Shown: positions 9,283-18,556 of the stretch, in pieces
How the letters are laid out: each line of letters begins with the position of its first letter
How positions within the stretch are numbered: position 1 is the first letter of the stretch
Assembly: GCA_025774845.1 (NCBI GenBank)
Contig: JALGZP010000002.1
Span: 348-64,347, forward strand
Source of the DNA: a bacterium
GTDB lineage: Bacteria > Arandabacterota > Arandabacteria > Arandabacterales > Arandabacteraceae
DNA: 64,000 nt
Direction: 5' to 3'
Program-made: the position numbers and the translations under genes
The notes under the pieces: generated by a model
Told to the model about the DNA's origin: nothing
What the model saw: only the letters and a program-made list of their open reading frames with translations
The model's database searches: none

Positions 9283-12200
9283 CTATCTGAGGAGGATCAT
9301 TTTGCGGGTCACGGCCTCCCGGGCAGTGCTGACCCGGTAGAAGTAAAGACCGCTTGCGACCATGCGGCCTGAGGAGTCACGTCCATCCCATTCTACGGCG
9401 TGTCTTCCCGGCCGCATCGCACGATTGAGCAGGTTCCGGACAATCCTTCCGTCAACAGCGATCACATCTATATGGACCATACCCGGGCGCGGCAGATGGA
9501 ATCCGACTTCAGTACTACCGCTGAAGGGATTGGGGACGTTTTGAATGACGCTGAGTTTGCCCGATCCGAACTCCGGTGTAATCTCATTGGGTCTGTGGAC
9601 CAGCACATAGGTCCCGAGGGCATGGGTAAACGCACTTATCCTGTGCTCTTTGCTATGAAGATAGGAGCTGACCGGTGTTGTCCCGGTGTCTTCAACCCTG
9701 GCCAGGGAGAGATGCTCGGCATCATGGCAGTCCGTATCATATTCAATCGAAATCTCGATCCAGTCATCGATATCGAGGCCGCCCGGTGATATCTCGTAAG
9801 CAACCGGATCGGCTTCGCCGGGGTCACCTGATTCGAATATGACCACGTAGGCGTCCCGACCAATCGTTCCCGGCTCCAGCCGTACCGTGCACCTGCCGTC
9901 CGGGCTGACTGCAGTACCGCCGGAGCCGGCAAGGACAAGCAAGGAGGAGAAATCTCTTGCGAGACGGGCCCAGTTACCCCTCAGATCAGTACCTTCGATA
10001 CAGATTGACATCACCCCGCTCGAGCACAGGTCGTAGTCACCGCGATACACGTTCAGGGAAGGCTCGGTCACTTCAAGCTCGACGGTGACGTGATCAACAC
10101 TGCACCTGAGGCTTGCTTCCGTAATCACCTCGCTCGCCACCAGGAAAACGTCGAGGTGGTTTGTTATATAGGGATTCTGGAGAACGGAGATCGAGAACTC
10201 AGGCGGAGTCTGGTCATAGGGTGTGGCGGATGCCGTATCCGGTTCTGAATAGTTGGGCATTTCATCGTATGAGAATATCGAGTAGTAGTAGGTAGTTTCG
10301 TTGGCAAGGCCGGCGTGGACAAACGAATCCGCGCCCGCCGGCGACGCCGGGAATCTTCCGGAATACCCGTTCTCCACGGGTATCCCGTCGTCGGGTGAAG
10401 AGGGGCAGGTTGTCGTTGAATACTGTATGAGCACCCCCTCAAGGTCCGGATCATCTGGGAAGTACCACCTCAGAAACACCGCGGAATCACCTACAAACAC
10501 TCTGAATCCAGTGACCGGGTCGGGTGGAGTGGTATCGAACGGAGCGGCACTTGCCGTTACGGCACCCGAGTAGTTCGGTACCTCGTCGGCTGAGAACGCG
10601 GCGTAGTAGTAGGTCACGTTGTTTACAAGACCGGTGTGAGCGAAGCTGTCCGTGCTCGCCGGCGTATTGACGAACACTCCATCCGATCCGTTCTCCACGT
10701 CGGCCCCATCCGCCGGTGAGTCGGGATAACCCTTGGTCGAATATCTTATCACGGTCGAGCTGAAGTCGGTATCCTCCGGATTGGACCACCTGAGCATCGC
10801 CCTAGCGTCACCCGGAGTGGCTGTGAAAGCCTGGGGAGTAGCCGGCGCGACAACATCCGCCGGGACTGCACTCGCATTCTCTCCGACCGAGTAGTTGCCT
10901 TCGTCATCATAGGTAAACGCTGTATAGTAACAGGTTTCCCCGTTTGTCAAACCGTGATGCAGGAACGAATCCTGGGATGCCGGGGCATTCGCGAACATCC
11001 CTGACAGGCCGTTCTCCACCGGGCTCCCGCCGGTCGGCTCCACAGGGAAGTCGACTGTTGAATATCTGATGATCGTCCCTTCGAAATCGCTGTCGGGTGG
11101 ATTGGTCCAGCGGATATTCACCAGGGTATCACCGGCCTCAGCAGTCAGGCCCGTGACCTCACCGGGCGGTGTGTAATCTCCGGGTGATGCACTCGCATGG
11201 GCCGCGGGTGAATGGTTCGGAACCTCATCAAACGCGAACGCCGAGTAATAGTAAACGGTGCCGTCCGTAAGCCCGCTGTGGATGAAAGATGTATCGCTAC
11301 CTGGCCGTCCCGGGAAGATACCTCCGGCCCCGTTTTCCACGGGTAACCCGCCGGAGATGGTTGCCGGATAGGAACTTGTCGAGTAGCGTATGACCGATCC
11401 TTCAAGATCACTCGCTGTGGGATTGACCCAGGAGAGCGTGATCTGGCCGGGTGCGGGCTGGGTCAGGAAGGCGACGGGCGTACCGGGGGGCATCGTATCA
11501 GATGGAATACCTCTACCGGTAAGTCCCGTTTCACTCAGCAGTGTCCCATTGTAGGCATAAGCGGTGTAGTAGTAGGTCGTATCATTAAGAAGCCCCGTAT
11601 GCGTGAAACTCCCCTGACCGGAGGGTGTACCCATTACATATCCGGCGTGGTCGTTTTCAATGGGTAGACCTGCTTCTGCGCTCTCAGGGTAGGCCGATGT
11701 CGAATAGACTATGAGCGCGCCCTGAACCGGTGCCGGTGGCAATGACCACTCAAGCACATTGGATGTATCTCCCGCGCTCACAGTGAAGGTCGGCAGCGCC
11801 TCGGGTGTCTCTGTGGGACAGCCCTGACCGATCGCGCCTATACGACCGCAGCCGTATCCGGTAAGACACGGCGAGTTATCAGATAGAGAGTAGTTCCCGC
11901 CCACACGATCGCAGAACAGGGGATCCTCCGAGAAGTTGCCGCCGCCATCGGTACCGCAGACCGTGTCGCTCTGGGTATTCGAGTAGAGGTCACAACAGGA
12001 GATGACGGGATTCGATCCCTGCAAGCACGTGATGGCGTCACCACCCTGGGTGTTTGAGACTATGGTCCGGGTGAGCTCACCCCCACTCCCGCCCGCGTAG
12101 TACACACCCGCGGCCGCCGTGTTGCCTTCGATCGTACATTCGGTGATCCGCGGTGACGAGGCGTCACTGTTTATACCCACACCCATCAACGCGTTTCCGG

Positions 12201-13959
12201 CCACCACACAGGCTTCTATACGCGGGGTCGAATTCGTGATCTTGATCACACCCGACGCGAGCGGATTTTCAAGACCGGTAAGAGTGAATCCCCTAAAACG
12301 TGCCCCGCTCCCGACGAGGTCGAACCAGACTATGTGCTCATGAGAACCGTCCGTGCCGGCATCGATGATCGTGCTTTCGGGACCCGCTTCACTCATGATG
12401 ACGATCGCCTGATCGATCAGGATCGAGCCTTCGGGGTAGGTACCGGGAGCCACGATTACGGTGTCCCCGGCGTCCGCAAGACCGACGGCCTCTCCTATGG
12501 TCGAAACATCGGACGGCACGTGCCAGGTGTGGGTTGACGAAAGCTCGGTTCCCCTGAGCCGTATGCAGACATCGGAGTCTTCGCAGCCTTCGATGGTCCG
12601 GACATCCTGCCACTCGCTCCCGTCGGCACTCACAAAACACTTGCCGGGTGCCACTATGCCGTTACCGTCGAGGGCGACCGGATAGGGAAAAGATGAATTG
12701 GTGAACCGGACCACCGCGTAGACAGCGTCTCCCGGTTCCACGGCAACGGGTGCGGAAAGCTCGACCGAGTGATAGCCGTATTCGGAAAACGCCTGATCGA
12801 GTTCGCTCGAAAGCAGTGTTGAGAGCGTGGTCCCGTCGAAGTCATCGTAGAGATACACATCGATATCGGTGGTGATATCGGTTGCCCAGAATTCGACACG
12901 TTCCAGCCGTGTGTCCTCCTCCGCGGCGAACTTGCACATCCCCCATGCCGTGGTCCCTTCGAAGCCCACCTGGACTTCACCTTGATACCCGCCCTCGTCG
13001 TAATAGAGCAGCCGACCGTCGGGATCATAATCCTGCCAACCGGTCATCGAGGACGACCAGCAGCCTATCATCGCAGTGCCGTATGCCATCGTGAAGAAAC
13101 CGCGCTCGGTGCCGTAGCCGCAGCGCCCTCCCCAGTCATTGCCCCAGCTGTTCTTGGCTATCCAGCCACCCTGACCACCCTCCTGCTCCAGTGAATCGTC
13201 CCAGCCTAACAGCAGGACCGCATGGTTGGGCTCTTGCCTTACGGGGTTATACAGTGTGTATGAACCGTCATAGGCTTTCATCTCGAAATACCAGGAGCTG
13301 CCCGACCCGGCATATAGCGATGTGTAAAGCGGTCCATAGGCCATTATGTAGGATTTCAGCAGATCGGGTTCCGGGATACTCTCCGCCGATACCATGCTCC
13401 AATCCAGAAGTGTGGTGACGTAGCTGCAGTTGCTCTTGCACGCCACGTTGGCGGGCACGTAGGGGTCACAGGTCTCAAGTACGGCGCCCTTCTGCGACAG
13501 GAAGTTTGCCATCCTGTGGTAGTTGCCTCCCGAGCAGCTACTCCTGTACCATTCGCATTCCTTGATGTTGTTCTCAGAGAAGTCATACCGTGGCTCCCCA
13601 TCGACCAGCAATTTGGCCTCGAGATTGGCAAGCGCGGCGAACGCATAGCATGAGCCGCAGGCCCCTTGATTCTTGACCGAGGTAATCCTTCCCTGCTCCC
13701 GCCAATCAAATCGTGAGGGCAGAGACACCGCGCGCTGAACCGGACGGACGGGTGTTATATGCAGCATGCTCCGCGCCGGGGGAATGAAACCCGCATCTTC
13801 TAAGACCGGATGGCTGGCGAGCGGTGCGTGCACCAGCGCCCGTGCCCTGGGTTTCCCGGCGGCGCCGGCAAGGGGGATCCTGACCGTACTTCCGACTACA
13901 CACAGGAGGAGAAATGCTGCCGGCAGGGATTTCACCCTGGTTGTACGTATACCGATCAT
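9283..13959 (-). CDS. Exported multidomain papain-family (C1) cysteine protease with right-handed beta-helix, five Fn3-like repeats and Por/FlgD-Ig-type C-terminal domain
   Basis: 1558 aa. Catalytic triad motifs are NQGACGSCYAF (Cys104), NHAVLLLGWDD and NSWGNDWG. The beta-helix region has GNTAAAG and NSPCL-type turns (aa ~480-715). C-terminus is NPFSGSTEVGFHLP...WDGRDSSGRMVASGLYFYRV. Confidence 0.85.
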   Translation of the reverse strand: MIGIRTTRVKSLPAAFLLLCVVGSTVRIPLAGAAGKPRARALVHAPLASHPVLEDAGFIPPARSMLHITPVRPVQRAVSLPSRFDWREQGRITSVKNQGACGSCYAFAALANLEAKLLVDGEPRYDFSENNIKECEWYRSSCSGGNYHRMANFLSQKGAVLETCDPYVPANVACKSNCSYVTTLLDWSMVSAESIPEPDLLKSYIMAYGPLYTSLYAGSGSSWYFEMKAYDGSYTLYNPVRQEPNHAVLLLGWDDSLEQEGGQGGWIAKNSWGNDWGGRCGYGTERGFFTMAYGTAMIGCWSSSMTGWQDYDPDGRLLYYDEGGYQGEVQVGFEGTTAWGMCKFAAEEDTRLERVEFWATDITTDIDVYLYDDFDGTTLSTLLSSELDQAFSEYGYHSVELSAPVAVEPGDAVYAVVRFTNSSFPYPVALDGNGIVAPGKCFVSADGSEWQDVRTIEGCEDSDVCIRLRGTELSSTHTWHVPSDVSTIGEAVGLADAGDTVIVAPGTYPEGSILIDQAIVIMSEAGPESTIIDAGTDGSHEHIVWFDLVGSGARFRGFTLTGLENPLASGVIKITNSTPRIEACVVAGNALMGVGINSDASSPRITECTIEGNTAAAGVYYAGGSGGELTRTIVSNTQGGDAITCLQGSNPVISCCDLYSNTQSDTVCGTDGGGNFSEDPLFCDRVGGNYSLSDNSPCLTGYGCGRIGAIGQGCPTETPEALPTFTVSAGDTSNVLEWSLPPAPVQGALIVYSTSAYPESAEAGLPIENDHAGYVMGTPSGQGSFTHTGLLNDTTYYYTAYAYNGTLLSETGLTGRGIPSDTMPPGTPVAFLTQPAPGQITLSWVNPTASDLEGSVIRYSTSSYPATISGGLPVENGAGGIFPGRPGSDTSFIHSGLTDGTVYYYSAFAFDEVPNHSPAAHASASPGDYTPPGEVTGLTAEAGDTLVNIRWTNPPDSDFEGTIIRYSTVDFPVEPTGGSPVENGLSGMFANAPASQDSFLHHGLTNGETCYYTAFTYDDEGNYSVGENASAVPADVVAPATPQAFTATPGDARAMLRWSNPEDTDFSSTVIRYSTKGYPDSPADGADVENGSDGVFVNTPASTDSFAHTGLVNNVTYYYAAFSADEVPNYSGAVTASAAPFDTTPPDPVTGFRVFVGDSAVFLRWYFPDDPDLEGVLIQYSTTTCPSSPDDGIPVENGYSGRFPASPAGADSFVHAGLANETTYYYSIFSYDEMPNYSEPDTASATPYDQTPPEFSISVLQNPYITNHLDVFLVASEVITEASLRCSVDHVTVELEVTEPSLNVYRGDYDLCSSGVMSICIEGTDLRGNWARLARDFSSLLVLAGSGGTAVSPDGRCTVRLEPGTIGRDAYVVIFESGDPGEADPVAYEISPGGLDIDDWIEISIEYDTDCHDAEHLSLARVEDTGTTPVSSYLHSKEHRISAFTHALGTYVLVHRPNEITPEFGSGKLSVIQNVPNPFSGSTEVGFHLPRPGMVHIDVIAVDGRIVRNLLNRAMRPGRHAVEWDGRDSSGRMVASGLYFYRVSTAREAVTRKMILLR
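10210..11811 (-). repeat. Five tandem ~100-aa protein repeats (first one divergent) inside the protease gene
   Basis: Recurring PP..V..F....GD....L.W.NP.D.D.EG..IRYST..YP.....G.PVENG..G.F...P...DSF.H.GL...T.YYY.AF..DE.PNYS, spanning aa ~717-1250. Confidence 0.75.
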
Positions 13960-14056
13960 GCTCTGTTCTTTCGACCCGTGTACCGTGGTTATTCGCCAGT
14001 ACCACTATACTCACACACAGCAGGATCGGCAATTACTCTAAGTACATGCGCGGTCA

Positions 14057-16192
14057 CTATTCTAGCAGGATGATCTTGGTGGCCTCCGAGTGCGGTCTGC
14101 CCTCGCCGGTGACGGCGCTCAGCCGGAGGAAGTAGACACCGCTCGCCGCCCTGTTACCGGTTCCGGTCATTCCGTCCCAGGCCGCTTCATATCGGCCCGG
14201 TCCATCGTTGCGTTTAAGCAGGGTGCGTACGACTCTACCTCTCAGGTCAACCACGCTCAGTTCCACCCTCGCCCGAACGGGCAGGCTGTAACGGATGGTT
14301 GTACCTGAAGCAAACGGGTTTGGCCGGACCCGCTCGAGCCACACCCCACTCCGGGGTCGATCCGGTACGTCATCCACCGACGCAGTCCCCAGGAGCTCGT
14401 GTATGGTATCGATCGCGAGTTTCGGTTTGTGGCCGAAGTAGGGCAGTACCACAATCCCGTCCCGGTCGATTATGAAATTACGGCCGAACGGTAACCCGGT
14501 GTTGGGCTGGGTATAGTGAATCGAGGCGACAGCGGTCGAATCGTGCATAACGGGACCTCTGAGGTAATAGTTATCCCAGAGGATAAACATCCAGGCCAGG
14601 GTCTCTTTGTAGTAACCGCCTGCATTGAGGAGGACTGTAACGACTTCGGGGTTATCTTCGAATTCCTTAACTATCGTGTTCTGCATGTCCGCGACCGCGG
14701 GCAGGCAGGCCGGTCACCACGAGCCGTAAACAGCCATCCAGATGATCTTTCCCAGATGGTCGGAGAGCGTGAAGGTTCCCTCCTCGTATTCACCGGTCTC
14801 ATGGTTCTTCGTGAAGATGGGAAGTGTGAAGTCCACAGCCGGTTCGCCGGGATCGAGATGGTCGGTGCTGGCGAACACCTGGATCGAGAGAGGGCTTTCG
14901 TCGGGGTCGTTGGAGTAGAAGTAGACTATGCCGTAGCCTTCTTCCGGCGTCCCGTCGTGGATGATATTAAAGGTCGCCGTATCCCCTGGGGCGATCGTTC
15001 CACCGGTGTACGAAAGGCTGACAGCCGGTACCGTCACAGTTACGCTGTCGATTATGAGATCACCTGCACCGAAGTTGGAGAGGGTCACGAGCTTCGTGCC
15101 CCCACTGGGTGTAAATCTTATCCTGGAAGTACTCGGTGTTATGTCGGCCTGTGTGCTCATCGAAGCCGGGATCAGCCGGTAAACGTCCATCGAGTTCCAG
15201 GTTGAGCAGAGAACCAGGTTACCATCCGAACCCACTCCGCCGAAACTTCGGAATACAGCATTGGCATTCCTTCGTGCGCCCTTCTCACGTGCGACCAGGG
15301 TTAGGTCACCGTTCGGTGCAACGCTGTATACGCGAACCCCGGAAAAGTCGGTTACGGCGAGATAGTCTTCTACCCACTCCATGTCCTCGGCGGCAGCGTC
15401 GACCGGGTATACCGTGCGGTCAAGGGGATTACCGTTCCGGTAGTGAATCACACCGGCTCCACCCGCCGCAAGATAGACATGACCGTTACGCGAGACCACT
15501 CCCTCAGCCGTCCCCAACGCTGTGGAAAGGTCATCGCCATCCAGGATTACGGGGTTTCCCACATCGGACACGTCGACCACCTTAAGACCACCTGCACCAT
15601 CGGCAACGTATGCCGTGTCGCCTGTGACAACGATATCGAAGGCATCAACGAAGCCTGAGTCCAGCGAGCCGGTCAGAGCAGGATTCAGGGGGTCGGTGAG
15701 ATCATAGACACGTATGCCATGGCTGTGGGCTGCAACGTACAGGTAATCTCCATCGACACACATCTTCTCGAAGTAGACCTTGCGCTGCTTCACTGTCTTC
15801 CGCCGGTAGAGAGTGTTGCCCACACGCTCGATCACTGCGAAGCCGGTTGTAAGCGATACATCGGGGTGGTGAAGATTGGCGTAGATGAAATTGCCGTCCT
15901 TGAGATAGATGTCCCGCGAGTTGATATTCATCATACGTGATATGTAGCTGTTGGTTCCCTCGACGGGGAGAGCAGTGAGATCCACCACGGCAAGAGCGAG
16001 GTTACTCGATACAACTGCCAGCGAGTCCCCAAGCGGGATTACATCGAGGAGCTCATCCGGTTCGCCGGGCTGCCGCAGGTAGCGGCCTGTGTACTCCAGG
16101 ACCATGTCCTGTGAAAAACCCTGCGATGCGAGAACAACAAGAAGAGCGAAGAAGAGCCAGTGCCTGCGAAAACCATCCTTGATTAGATCCAT
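14057..16192 (-). CDS. Exported LVIVD-repeat beta-propeller / Ig-like / TlpA-type redoxin protein with in-frame UGA (candidate Sec, W-U-P-A-C) and Por/FlgD-Ig C-terminal domain
   Basis: Track ORFs 14714..16282 and 14057..14686 share one frame and are separated only by TGA at 14714..14716. Read-through gives DFTLP...FTLSDHLGKIIWMAVYGSW-U-PACLPAVADMQ. Start taken at MDLIKDGFRRHWLFFALLVVLASQGFS. LVIVD-like repeats include GIRVYDLTDPLNP and GLKVVDVSDVGNP. Confidence 0.75.
14681..14704 (-). promoter_or_regulatory. Candidate bacterial SECIS hairpin for UGA 14714
   Basis: mRNA folds as CUGC-CCGC-GGUC-GCGG-(ACAU)-GCAG, starting 10 nt after the UGA. Apical loop is GGUC with G at +18/+19. Confidence 0.5.
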
Positions 16193-16360
16193 CCGTCCAC
16201 CCCACTTTTCCTGAACCTCCACCCAATCATATACAGATGGATAGGAGCACATCCTGGCTATTCTGATGTAGGATGCACCCAACAGTTGCAGTCTAATCCG
16301 GACTTCTCATGGTGTGAGGGGCAGTAACCCCGGGCACTCCGCAGGAGAAAGCTGGAACAG

Positions 16361-16492
16361 CTATGCAGTTGGCTCGGAGACCTTCGCGGCCTTTGCCTTT
16401 GCCTTGATCTTCTTCTTTTTGCGAGGACGGGTGTTACCCGAGCTCTTCTTCCAGATCTTACCCTTCCGTGTCCTTCGATCTCCTCTTCCCAT
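16361..16492 (-). CDS. 30S ribosomal protein THX (bTHX), 43 aa, below the track length cut-off
   Basis: Hand translation gives MGRGDRRTRKGKIWKKSSGNTRPRKKKKIKAKAKAAKVSEPTA. This closely parallels the Thermus Thx sequence as I remember it ([25 protein letters not shown]). GGGAGG lies 8 nt upstream of the ATG. Overlaps the 3' end of the upstream gene by 35 nt in another frame. Confidence 0.7.
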   Translation of the reverse strand: MGRGDRRTRKGKIWKKSSGNTRPRKKKKIKAKAKAAKVSEPTA

Positions 16493-17750
16493 CTTTGATA
16501 CCTCCCATATAGATACAGTCCTCTATTTCGCCATACCCGCGGACGATGTCATCGGCAAAAGCGATGCAGGTCGGAGCACCGCAGCATCCGCAGTCGATCC
16601 TGGGCAGCGCATTGTATATTGTATCCTTCTGTTTCTTCTTTTCAATCGCTGTGGCCAGGTCGCTGGCAAGGGGCCGAAGCGGCCTTGGGGCCAGCTTCTT
16701 TTCAAGGGAATAATGTCCCTTGTTATACTTCTCTATAACTTCATCTCTGTCAACCGGAACCTTACCACCATACTTCCTGAGCAGGTGCAGAGTGCTGCTG
16801 CGTGCGACGTACATGTTCTCAACGACAAGCGATCCACCGATGCAACCACCCAGACACGAGGAGAGTTCTACGAATTCCACATCTCTGAGTTTGGAGTTCT
16901 CGATATCGTCAAGGATCTTTGTAACATCACTCATACCGGAAACGGCGATCGAATGCTCCGCACCTATCAGCCTGGTCATCTCCCCCAACATGGACCAGCC
17001 CGCACCGAACTTGAAGTCCCGGGCAACATCCTCGTCAATCTCTTCATTCTCGAGGTCGGCGACCGCTGAGAAGAGAGGAGCAAAGACATCGACGATCGAC
17101 ACGGCACCGTCTATCCAGGATTTCGCCTTTTCGGCAGGCTGTTTGATTGAGACGATCTTTGCGGGGCAGGTCGTGATATAGACTACACCGATCCCCCCGA
17201 CATCCACACCAAGCTCACGTGCCAGATTCTGCTTAACATCTCTGGCAGCTATCTCCCTGGGAACATCTACAGGCACAACCCTGCCGGTCAGATCCGGGTA
17301 CTTCACCTGAATCAACCTCACGACCGCAGGGCAGAACGAGGAGAGAACGGGGAGCCTGCCCCTGTGTTGGGCAATGGACTCATCGATCGCAATGCTCACC
17401 TCTTGACAAGCGAGGGATAGATCACACACATAGTCGAATCCGATTCGCTTGAGCCCCATTATCACTTTTCTCGGATCGACCTCGGGTCTGAACTGCGAAT
17501 AGAGCACCGGTGACGGTAGTGCTACCTTGTACTTGAAATCCAGAGACTGCGCAAAGGGATCCGTAAGCGGCACGATCGCACCCGAGGGACAGACATTTAT
17601 ACACTCACCGCAATCCACGCACAGCTCTTCAATCACCCTCGCCTTGCCGTCACGCATCCTTATCGCAGCTGTGGGACAGCTGCGCATACACTTCATTCTC
17701 CCGTCGCATCTTTCGTCAACGAACTCTATGGGGTGATAGTATTTTCCCAT
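16458..17750 (-). CDS. [FeFe]-hydrogenase large-subunit homologue of the putative sensory type (no PAS domain)
   Basis: 430 aa. N-terminal 2x[4Fe-4S] region (CMRSCP, CVDCGECINVCP). H-cluster-like motifs are SSFCPAV (L1, proton-relay Cys replaced by Phe), TTCPAK (L2) and SSCLGGCIGG (L3, Ser where catalytic enzymes have Met). C-terminal CGCCGAPTC-x16-C. Confidence 0.8.
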   Translation of the reverse strand: MGKYYHPIEFVDERCDGRMKCMRSCPTAAIRMRDGKARVIEELCVDCGECINVCPSGAIVPLTDPFAQSLDFKYKVALPSPVLYSQFRPEVDPRKVIMGLKRIGFDYVCDLSLACQEVSIAIDESIAQHRGRLPVLSSFCPAVVRLIQVKYPDLTGRVVPVDVPREIAARDVKQNLARELGVDVGGIGVVYITTCPAKIVSIKQPAEKAKSWIDGAVSIVDVFAPLFSAVADLENEEIDEDVARDFKFGAGWSMLGEMTRLIGAEHSIAVSGMSDVTKILDDIENSKLRDVEFVELSSCLGGCIGGSLVVENMYVARSSTLHLLRKYGGKVPVDRDEVIEKYNKGHYSLEKKLAPRPLRPLASDLATAIEKKKQKDTIYNALPRIDCGCCGAPTCIAFADDIVRGYGEIEDCIYMGGIKDGKRRSKDTEG

Positions 17751-17752
17751 CG

Positions 17753-18184
17753 CTAATCCGTGTGAATCGTTATGGCCAGTTTGGTGCCTTTCCCCACCTC
17801 GGATTCGATCTCGAAGTCATCTGCATTACGCTTAATGTTCGGAAGCCCCATTCCCGCCCCGAAACCCATCTCCCTCATTTCAGCGGTCGCGGTCGAATAG
17901 CCCTCCTCCATCGCCCGTTCGATACACTCGATGCCCGGGCCTTCATCCTCTAGCTCGATTCGTATGCTTGTCGGGGTGGCCGACAATCTCACCACCGCCC
18001 TCTTCGCATACATGACGATATTCATCTCGGCTTCATAGGATGCAATGGCCGCCCGTCTGATCTTCACCGGATCGAAACCGATTTCCTTGAGAATCGATTT
18101 TATCTCCGTAGAGACCGTACCCGCGTTGGTGAAGTCCTTGCCAAGGACTGAAAATTCTTGGAAGAACAGAACTTCATCGCTCAT
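17753..18184 (-). CDS. RsbW/SpoIIAB-like anti-sigma-type ATPase (HATPase_c) protein
   Basis: 143 aa. EDEGPGI...GFGAGMGLPNIKRNAD...GKGTKLAITI are GHKL ATPase G-boxes. ATGA overlap with the upstream gene. Confidence 0.75.
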   Translation of the reverse strand: MSDEVLFFQEFSVLGKDFTNAGTVSTEIKSILKEIGFDPVKIRRAAIASYEAEMNIVMYAKRAVVRLSATPTSIRIELEDEGPGIECIERAMEEGYSTATAEMREMGFGAGMGLPNIKRNADDFEIESEVGKGTKLAITIHTD

Positions 18185-18540
18185 TTTCCACCAATCTGGC
18201 TTCCGGATTTCATGCCCTTTTCATAGAGGCGGCCGCATGCTTCGAACATCGAAAGCGGACATGACAACAGCGGAATACCCTTCTGTCCGGCCAGCTTCAC
18301 CGCCTCCTCGTCGGGCGTCTTCCCGCGTACATAGACTATCGCTCGCACCTCTGCTACATGAGAGGTTATGACGGATTGGACGTTCCTTAAGCCCGTGAGA
18401 AGAATCCCGCCAGGTGCGGCGAACGCAAGCACATCGCTCATGAGATCGGCGCCGCACACTTCCTCGTAGTCGTGATCGAGCATATCTTCTCCCGTAATCA
18501 CCTCACACTCAATTACCTGGCATATTTCCTTTAGTGTCAA
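18181..18540 (-). CDS. DRTGG-domain-like small protein
   Basis: Track ORF is 18181..18606. I place the start at TTG 18540..18538, which sits 5 nt after GCAGGAGG and just past the upstream stop. Product (M)TLKEICQVIECEVITGED...GGILLTGL...VYVRGK resembles the small DRTGG proteins of NuoEF/[FeFe]-hydrogenase operons. Confidence 0.6.
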   Translation of the reverse strand: MTLKEICQVIECEVITGEDMLDHDYEEVCGADLMSDVLAFAAPGGILLTGLRNVQSVITSHVAEVRAIVYVRGKTPDEEAVKLAGQKGIPLLSCPLSMFEACGRLYEKGMKSGSQIGGK

Positions 18541-18556
18541 TGAAGCCTCCTGCTGT

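Noticed and set aside
16458-17750. A catalytic [FeFe]-hydrogenase as the missing partner of the Hdr/Nuo cluster
   Set aside because: The proton-relay Cys of the TSCCP motif is Phe and the L3 Met is Ser. The protein is also short and lacks HydA-type N-terminal accessory domains beyond two ferredoxin clusters. A sensory or regulatory role fits better, but this is not proven.
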